Position numbers and translations under genes: made by a program. This document shows, in pieces, positions 54,457 through 64,000 of a stretch of DNA of 64,000 nucleotides (positions are counted from its first letter, which is position 1; every line of letters begins with the position of its first letter). This stretch comes from Octopus vulgaris (lineage: Eukaryota): NCBI GenBank assembly GCA_951406725.2, contig OX597816.1:96286001-96350000 (forward strand). The letters are read 5' to 3'. The notes under the pieces were generated by a model that was not told the origin of the DNA, did not search any database, and saw only the letters and a list, made by a program, of their open reading frames with translations.

Positions 54457-54460
<4 letters not shown>
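54334..54460. repeat. Short GC-richer repeat fragment embedded between two (TA)n arrays
   Basis: (ATCACGTG)x3 followed by about 100 nt of non-repetitive sequence, with TA arrays on both sides. Confidence 0.7.
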
Positions 54461-54527
<67 letters not shown>

Positions 54528-54557
54528 TTATATATATATATATATATATATTAGCGG

Positions 54558-55320
54558 CTAATATTTGCAGACGACAGGGTACCAGCTACATGGCTCACGG
54601 GTGATCCGATCTCCAGCAATTACTGAATTAGTTCGGTGCTGAATGCTACAAGGCTGGAATGGGAATTACTGTTGCGTAGACCGAGACCTTAGTCCTCACG
54701 AGAAAGACTTTCCAATACACTCTAGAAGATCATTGATGCAAGTGTTGGAGTTTAAGGTTTAAGTATCTCTGATCATATTCACAAGTGATGGAAAGCATGA
54801 GAATGAAACTGAGTTCTAAAATTGCATGTGTTTTCAGAGTAATGCACTAGCTCCAGTATTTAATTCTTAAAAGAAAAGTTAATAAAAAGGCCTGACTGGC
54901 AATCTTCAATCCGATTTTCCTCACCTACGACCATGAATGTTGGGTAATGACCGAAAGAGTACTATTAACAATACGAGCAGCCGAAATGGTATCCTCTGAA
55001 AGCCCTCTATGTAAGGTTATTTGGCATGTCGGATATAAGAGAGTTTCTCCCGGTCAAATCGCTTCTTTTCCGTATTGAGAGGTCGCAGTTCCAGTACTAC
55101 AGATATGTGAGCTGAATGTCGTTGGAGAGAATCGCAAGACGAATATCTGAGGCCAAGCCAACGAACAACAGACCTAGGAGTAGACCAAGAACGAGACGGT
55201 TGGATTATATCCGTAATTTCAGTTGGTATTACCTGGGAATCCAACCGGAAAGTCTAATGACAGTTGCTTCTGGGAGGACCCTAAGGAGGAGGTGCCTAAG
55301 GACTATACCCACAAAAAATC
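54558..55320 (+). mobile_element. Decayed RTE-clade LINE, RT C-terminal half
   Basis: LIFADD...LQQLLN*FGAECYKAGM...FKYL...LTYDHECWVMTER...IRAAEM...IERSQ...RPRSRPRTRRLDYI. Confidence 0.9.
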
Positions 55321-56151
55321 TCACTGGGGTATTGGGCAAAGAATATGGATGAATAGATAGATGGAGGGAGGGAGGGGGATGGGTAGCTATATCAATTTTT
55401 GAGTCTACTCAGTGTTTTATTTCTTGCTCAGTTTTCTTTTTCACTATTTTTCCTTAAAAGCACAAATCCTGAAATTTTAAAGTTTTAAGCAGGCTGTTCA
55501 CTGTTTTTATCTGTAATCTCATTCTGTATCTTTGTTCAATTTTCATATGTCTGTCTCGCTCTCACGTTATAAAATTTCGCTTTGACATAGCAGGATCAAT
55601 AATCCCTTCTTCGAAACTAATGTGCTTATATTGATAATGCACACTTTGTGGAACTCCGACAGGAAAGTGATGCAAATTCACTGAATGTTATCCATACAGA
55701 ACCTTATATGAACCAGAAAATAAATTCAGAGCATAAAGTTAATTAATAAATGAATGACAAAAGATGACAAAAATAGGTGATGTATATATGTATCTATGTA
55801 TGTATATATATATAAAATATGTATAATGAAAGACGCAAATAGTCAAAGCTAGTAATAGAAAATATACAAAACGATCCAGAGTGATATATGTATATATATA
55901 GAATGTCTTTCAACTTAATGAGAAAAATAAGACGAGTTGTACTGACAGGAAAGCATTGTAGTCATTTAGATATTCAGAAAAAATGCAATAATTAATATTT
56001 TTAATGCTGGAACTAAATTTAAAATTTTAGATAAATCAGGAGCTATGAGACAAGCGACACACACAATAATCAAATAAATAAAAATGGGTGACAAGAGAAA
56101 GACGAAGACTTCGGATTCCATTGTAAGGGGAGTGAGAAGGAAAATATATTT

Positions 56152-56362
56152 CTTTATTACCCACAAGGGGCTAAACACAGAGGGGACAAACAAGGACAGA
56201 CAAAGCTATTAAGTCGATTCCATCGACCCCAGTGCGTAACTGGTACGTAATTTATCGACCCCGAAAGGATGAAAGGCGAAGTCAACCTCGGCGGAATTTG
56301 AACTCAGAACGTAACGGCAGACGAAATACGGCTACGCATTTCGCCCGGCGTGCTAACGTTTT
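56152..56362 (-). mobile_element. Well-preserved first-family SINE
   Basis: TACCCACAAGGGGCTAAACACAGAGGGGACAAACAAGGACAGAC...ATCGACCCCGAAAGGATGAAAGGC...GAATTTGAACTCAGAACGTAAC, nearly the same as 866-1043. Confidence 0.9.
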
Positions 56363-56919
56363 TTGCGAGGGAAAAGAAAGGCCTTTACAAGGATAAATCT
56401 GTGTGGGAAGAGGTGGAAGAAAAGAATTCGATAAAGAGAGAGACTGGAAATAAAGGCAAGAGGGTAAGTGGGTGGGGGCGAGTTAAGGGAAAGACAAAGA
56501 GTGAAAGGAGAGAAAGGAAGGGCCATTGCAAGGATAAAACAGTGAAGAGACATGCAGACATAGTCTGTACGCTCATATATTTTTAGATTAATGTGTGAAT
56601 TAGAGGTGTTTTTTCTACTATTTCTAGCATTTCATTTACACTTCAAAAGAAGAGATTGACAGCGACAAACTATTAGTTTGTTATGAAAATAAAATGTATA
56701 ACACAGGTGAGTATATTTGTATGTAAACAAATGTAGATGCATGCAAACATATATAGATAGATGTTATATACGAGTGTATAGATTTATATAAATATACCTG
56801 CCTAAATTCCTACCTACCTACCTACCTACATACATACATACACACCTATGTTCATACAAACACAAACATATACAATTATACATATGAGCACATATACAGA
56901 CACACACATATACAAACGT

Positions 56920-57079
56920 ACGTACATACATACATACACACATGCATACATACATACATACATACATACATACATACATACATACATACATACATACATG
57001 CATGCATACATACATACATACATACATACATACATACATACATACATACATACATACATACATACATACATACATACAT
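56920..57079. repeat. (TACA)n microsatellite
   Basis: Seen directly. A similar tract lies at 58320-58508. Confidence 0.97.
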
Positions 57080-57391
57080 GCTGCAAAGAAGGTGATAGAG
57101 ATATGGAAATATAAGCCGAAGGTGTCATATAAAAAGTAAATATCACTAACACTATTTTGCAACATAAAAATTATAGGCATTATACAGTATGGAAATTGGA
57201 AACTTTAGAGTGTGACAGTGAAACTGTTGCATTTGGATAATTTCTCCAAATCATGCAGCCTTACTTAGAATTGCATGTAAACACGAATATATAGATCCTT
57301 TTAAGTATTAATTTATATGCTTATAATTTACAATACAAACATCATATATATATTGATTGATGTACATATGTGCGTATATGTATTATACTAT

Positions 57392-57462
<71 letters not shown>

Positions 57463-57607
57463 TACTTTTTTCAATTAAATTTGTTTTTATTTTTCACCAT
57501 TAAAAGTCTACAAAGGCAGATAGATACTAAAATATATTTTTAGTTGTTTTAATCGTTGCTGTTTTTATCTTTTTATATACGTTTTAAATAAATTCAAATT
57601 ATGGTGC

Positions 57608-57663
<56 letters not shown>

Positions 57664-58473
57664 TTTTTTGTTTAAACATTCATTTAGATTATATATTTGA
57701 TATCATGCCTTCACCTTATGACGTCTGCGCCATAGGCATTTATATGCATTTACCAGATTTTTGCATGTATGTATTTGTGTATGAGGACGTATGTATATGT
57801 ACATGATTATGATTGTGTCTGTGTGTGTGTATGTGTTTATGTGTGTGTGTGAACAAAGTCTGTGTAATTTGTCTCCAGTATATTGACATGTTGTATACAT
57901 ATATGTGTGCGTATCTGTGTTTATGTTTGCTTGTGTATGCGTGCGTATGCATGTATTTTGGCAAAATTTGAGCGTCGTGTGGTGAGTGGCTTAATGGTTT
58001 GGGTGAGGACGTACGATGTTTTTAGATCGTGAGTTCCATTCTTGGTTCTGGCAGTACGTTGGATCCTTGAGAAAGATACTTAATTTCTTTATACTTCAGT
58101 TCGATCAGTTCAAAATGAGTATCAGCAATAGAGGTAGGGTGGATTAACCCTTCAGCAGGCTGCTGTGTTGAGCGATGAGTTTTGTATTCTCAGTCGCTCG
58201 GACGATACCGAAATGTTGAATGGATTCCATAAGGGACTTTGTAAACTTCAGATAAGACTTGCACGTGTGTGTGTGTGCGTGTGTTCGTATGCATACTCAT
58301 ACGGCTACATGCGTATATATATACATGCATACATACATTCATACATACATACACACATAAATACATACATACATACATTCATACATACATACATGCATAC
58401 ATACATATATACATACATACATACATAAATACATACATACATACATACATACATACATACATACATACATACA

Positions 58474-58505
<32 letters not shown>

Positions 58506-60330
58506 CATGATGCATAACTACGTGTGTGAAGACAGCGAGACAAAATATGAATGTTTGTATTTCTTCGTATGTATACATGTGTGTGAAGGAAGAAATGTTT
58601 ATAAGTATAATAATGTAAATATGTATAGGTATCGTTATGTTTACGAATAACGTTATAAGAGATAGATTTATGGACAGATAATAAAAATGTCAAGTGGTTT
58701 GATAGCCCAAGAGAAACGTATAAAAATAAACGGTAGAAACCGAGAAATCTTGTATTTGCTTTGGTAATTAGTGTTTTTAAACGTTTTCAATTCAAATGTG
58801 AAAAGGATATCAATTATGGCGGATATATATTATCCTACATTGATGGATGAAGAAACATAGATAGATATGTCTCTAAGAGATGAATATAGCTAATGAAATG
58901 TAACTGTATATAATATATAAATGTATACACAGTAAAAAAATACATACGTATCCACAAGGCACATACATCATAATTGGATTTAACGAGGTATTTCACACCA
59001 AAGCTGCTCCACAAATGTTCATATAAATCAGGAATAAGATGAGACCAAGACATTGTCTCTAACGTAACTGAATAACCGGAACGGGTTTTTGTGATACACG
59101 GTATATAAAGAAAATGTCTCAACTCGCAATAAGTCTTCCACTAGTTCTGGTTTAAGAAATGCTTCTCTCACAAGCGTAGATTTTCGCACTTTGGTGTTGC
59201 AGATTGATTTAAAGTGTTCTCCTATGTATAACCTTAGACCAAGTAACGCAGCTTTATTTTATCTATTTGTAATTTTGTATGTGAATGTTGGGGAGAGATG
59301 AACCGGTCTAATTTTCATATAAAGCGTGCTCCACTTATGTGCTTACCACCAACGACTACAAAACACATTCAATGCACCAATTATATGAGGTAATGGTCCA
59401 ACAATTTTACAGATAATTTCTTATGAAGTTATCGTTCCTCAAGTTGAGGGCTTAAGTCAAATGAAGACAACACACACGCACACATACACAAGGACCGGTG
59501 ACTCAAAGTCCCTCTACGTCAATGAACCGAATGTGTAGTCAACAAACATCCTCTGAGGTGGGCTGTGGATGTTCTCTTAGAAATACACATTGGCCTTAAC
59601 ATTACGTTGGACATCATCAGTGGCATGATGTATAGAAAGTTTTAAATACAACAGACAACTTAATAGCTCTTACTCAAGTCTGCACTTGTGAAAGATACTA
59701 TGTGCAGAAACCATGGTTAATCATTTCCGAACGAGGCCACACATTCGTACACTCAATGTGATTAAGTTTCTAATATTATTTCCGCTGAATATTAACCTTT
59801 AATATAATGTAATATCATAATATCATAAATAATATATCATATGATATATAAATATGTGTATGTGCATATATATATATATACATATATACATATATATAAG
59901 AAAGTGTGTGTATATATGTGTATGTACATATGTATGTATTTGTTATTTCTCTAAATGGCCAATCATATTCATACACACTGTTTCAATTAAATAAATGAAT
60001 AAATAAAAAGATAGATAAATAAAAGAAATATTTGTGCAGCCCTCTTTGTGTTTTCCTTAATTTTCTTTGCTGATAGGTGTGATGGTGTTGTTGGATATAA
60101 ACGGAAATACAAAATATATTTCGAGTGTCATTTCTAATATATTCTAGATGGATATCTCGTAAAAATGTGCCGCGATTCAAGTTCTAATGTGAAATGCCAC
60201 AATAGAATATATTTGAGAAACACTTCAATGAAAAACAACGTTACAAATATTTATATGAAAACAATATACTGTTATATAATTCAATATATATTTTATCTAC
60301 CACCTCTCTCTCTCTCTCTCTCTCTCTCTC

Positions 60331-60406
<76 letters not shown>

Positions 60407-61453
60407 TGTATGTATGTATGTATGTATGTATATTGAAATACTTTTATGAAAGGGGTTAAAGAAATAAATTCCTATTTAATTAAGGAAGATTTACTCGTAC
60501 ATAGTTTCCTAAATTCAAGGCCTTATCAGTGACATAGACAGTTATATTTGGTGAGTTTTACAAGTGATCGTCAAACGTCAGATATTTAAAATTCCTCTTG
60601 TTTCAGAAAGTAAATCGCTTTTAATTGTACACAATTCTTATTGCAGCTTTCTACTTCTCTTCACATCAACCAGATAACGGGATTCTAAATTAAGACTACA
60701 CAAAACAGATGATAATTTTCATGAGACTAATCTGTTGTTTCTACCAATCGTGACAACTCGTGGTCATTTTAGTTACTTCCAATTATTATCTGCTTCACTG
60801 ATATTATTTATCCAATCATTAAATCATGCTGTTATTTTTCTTTGTTCCACAGTGAACCTATTGGTGTTAATTAATAAGTCATCTGTCAGTTCTTTGCTGA
60901 CTAGATTGTATAAATCCCTGAAGAAATAAAGTAAGAATCTGGCAAGAGAGAGAGAGGGGGGAGGGTTGTGTGGAATTTCAGTTTTACAGAGAAAGATTTG
61001 GACGATTAATTGATTGCCAATCTTTGTTAAAAGAAGTCAAGCGGATACTGTTGATTCAGGATGATTTTAGGTTACTAGTGTGGAATGGGTAGTTTTTAGT
61101 AATAATGTGGCAAAACAGAGTTCAGTTTGATGATGAGTTTTTTAATAGAGAACCAGCTATTTGAGAAGTTTACGAAGAGATCGAATGACAAGATGCAAGA
61201 GAAGAGTTGTATGGAATTTCATTTTGGAGAGATACTTATTCCAGTTATCACCCACAAACAAAATCCCACTCACTGATTGTGTCTATGACAAATGGTTCTA
61301 ATGTAAGGCAAAGCCACATTTGAATATGTTGTGTGGACGCTTCCAGACGATGAAGTAGGCTAGCCCAATACGTAGATATAGAGGGAGAAGTCTAGACCTC
61401 AGTAGAAGAGAAGAGTAGTGTTGAGTAGAGGTGATACGAACGTGCTACATAAC

Positions 61454-61557
61454 AGGATTTCATAGCTCACACAGCCACTGTGTAGTATTGCGATATAACA
61501 GTGGCGACGAGGAGTTCGTAGCTCACACAGCCACTGTGTAGTATTGCGACATAACAG
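61454..61557 (+). repeat. Tandem duplication with period 56
   Basis: TAGCTCACACAGCCACTGTGTAGTATTGCGA(T/C)ATAACAG occurs twice. Confidence 0.95.
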
Positions 61558-62218
61558 AATCGTTATTCTTCTCCATGATCTTCTCGAATCATGCCTTTAA
61601 ACGTATGGCAGGTTGTGATGTGTACTCCGTTTCTAGGGTCCTTTACTGTTCTCTCTCTCCTTATTTCACTCGCTCCATCCCTCTCTCTATCTCACCTTCT
61701 GAATGAGAATGTATTTATGCATATTTATATGTCGAAATGGCTGCTTTGCCAGTTGTACTAGGTCCAACGTTTCCAACACCTCAATTCCAGGTGTTTATAA
61801 GTATAACCTTGAGAGACGCACTACCAAAATTTACAAGAGATTCAGAATCGGTTGAACTAACATATATCAAGCACTCATGTATTAGTCCTAGTGAATGAAA
61901 TTCGAAACTATCTATAGTGGGATTAGAAAATACATATTAGCGACAGAAACAATATCAATATTGCTAACGTTATAAACAAGCGTGCATTTTCCACCAAAAG
62001 CTTATATGAGAGTTTCTCTCATGGTATCTACCGCAGTAAAGTTTATTGCAACGTTTAAGAGGTAATAAATATTACCTCTCAGTGAGATTAGACTCCTGTT
62101 TCAACAAACTCAGTATTTTAGGAATATGTAATTTTCCTTGTCTCATAAATCTAAAAAAATCTAACGTTCAAGATAAAAAGGTTGTGATGTGCATTCCGTT
62201 TTTATGGTTCGTTTCTGT

Positions 62219-62285
<67 letters not shown>

Positions 62286-62445
62286 CGGTCTCTCTATCTC
62301 ACCCTCTCAATGAGAATGTATGTACGTATGTTTAAATGTCGAATTATGATAAAATCAATTTTACAATAAACTGAAGGATTACTCAATTATTTTCTGTAGA
62401 GTACATACTTATTATTCTTTAACAAGCGTAGTCAGTGTTTTCAGT

Positions 62446-62480
62446 GACTTCGAAGTTTCGGCTTGTTAAAACTTCATCAG
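62446..62480 (-). ncRNA. Hammerhead core with poor stem I
   Basis: The reverse complement reads CTGATGA agttttaacaagcc GAAA cttcgaag TC, with a palindromic stem III (ACTTCGAAGT) and a GUC triplet. Confidence 0.5.
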
Positions 62481-63004
62481 GCAGTTTGTTTTTGGTAATC
62501 CGTTGAAGGCTTAACAGTCATATATGATGGTTTCCCCCTCGTTATCGAGTATGGCCATTGCACAAAGCTTAACTGTTATTGGCGCTGTGATCGAATGTGA
62601 CTTTTATTTGCTTTTTAAGGCTACAGCCAGCCATTCAGTTGAAACTCACAGAACTATCAACAATCATGAACAATGTTGTTATCGTGCAATGCCTGTGCAA
62701 GAAGAATTTTTTTTAAAGTGAGGAAAGGCTGTGCACTGAGTCAATCCCACTCACTAAGCAACAGCAGCCATAATCCGAAAAGAAGAACAAGTCAACATCA
62801 TCGGTAACCACTGAGCTGCAGGTTTTATGTTGGAGTTATCCCAGTTACCTGAGTTACCGTCTCCTAGAAGGATGCCCTAACAAAGGTTAGGAGTCCTTCA
62901 CTTCCAATGGTTTAATCCGCGCGTTCGGGTGTTCAGTCCAATTATTTATATGTCCCCGCGCATGATACAGCTTTAAGCCTTAAGAGAAAATATATATACA
63001 TATA

Positions 63005-63208
63005 TTGGATGGCCGTTGACTCTCAAGAGTTCCTCCACCCTTTGACGGATTTTGTTTTTCATCCCGCAGGGTGTCCGATAAACACCCTCCTTACCAAGCA
63101 AGCTTGGTGGGGTTGCCGGTTTAGTCGCCGACAGCCCGACCATGCAACAGGTTGTACTGGGTTACATGTTACCAGAAACACTCGAAAATGACCTGACCTG
63201 AAGCAGTC
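63005..63208. repeat. GC-richer interspersed repeat fragment between microsatellites (unclassified)
   Basis: Abrupt compositional island with internal inverted segments (CATGCAAC...GTTACATG; AGGGTGT...ACACCCT). Confidence 0.4.
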
Positions 63209-63283
63209 ATACATACATACATACTTACATACATACATACAGACAGACAGATAGCCCTATGTCAGAGAATGAGAGGTAGGCTA

Positions 63284-63414
<131 letters not shown>

Positions 63415-63702
63415 ATTTCTAATGTATTCTAAGTGCACGAAATATTACCAGTTGTATTAGGGTTGTATATTTATAGCACATTATACTCATTTACGCCAAT
63501 GTTGTCCGCATAAATTTGGGGGTTGGCTAAAATGCAGAAACATAGCCAAAGAAGGGCAGTCTTAAAGAGGACTGATATCCGTTCGTTTTTGCTGATGGAC
63601 TGATTTGACGAGAACGTAAAATTATTGAAATAGACGTATGAACGTTCCGAATCAATAATAATTTGTTATTCGTTCAGATACATGCATACATACATACATA
63701 TG

Positions 63703-63763
<61 letters not shown>

Positions 63764-64000
63764 AGTAACGACTTCGGCACTCGGGCTGTTCGGGCTTAGC
63801 CAGAGTATAAATTTAGTAAAGTAAACGTGAATTTGCAAATTGATTTAATTTGTGCCAACACTGACTTTAAGTATGTAATCGCAGCGAATAACTCGGGTTC
63901 CTTTTATTGAACCTCGTCGCAGTTCCTTTATTTTCGTTCTGCGTCTGGCAGTCGTCTTTTAGGTGCCCTGTATCAAAAAATATCTTTCGTAGCAGACGTT

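Noticed and set aside
60495-60535. Minus-strand CTGATAA...GAAACTATGTA
   Set aside because: Core G8 is mutated and stem I is unpaired, so it is too decayed to call as a feature.
63005-63208. HDV-like ribozyme in a GC-rich island
   Set aside because: I could not build the nested double pseudoknot (P1, P1.1, P3) by eye.
63760-64000. Possible LTR at the window end
   Set aside because: It is truncated, with no TG...CA ends, primer-binding site or second copy visible.

Overview
This is AT-rich, microsatellite-dense eukaryotic DNA, most likely intergenic or intronic sequence from a coleoid cephalopod (Octopus-like). That assignment is inferred from the tRNA-derived SINE families and the TA/TACA/TAGA/TAA tract load. 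I found no recognisable host protein-coding gene, and nearly all listed ORFs are microsatellite artefacts. Recognisable content is transposon debris: R4/Dong-clade LINE ends, CR1-like and RTE LINE fragments, a Penelope-like GIY-YIG fragment, two Tc1/mariner relics, a non-autonomous Helitron-like element and many SINEs. The most interesting signal is a set of minimal type I hammerhead ribozyme (HHR) motifs from several unrelated repeat families. They lie in Penelope-like or non-coding repeats that often end in (TA)n arrays and form inverted pairs. The best case is an identical HHR pair at 19545-19595 (-) and 21122-21172 (+). The window also has two perfect fold-back hairpins at element ends and a 29-nt locally templated insertion. 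All calls were made by eye with no searches or folding programs, so boundaries of decayed repeats are approximate.
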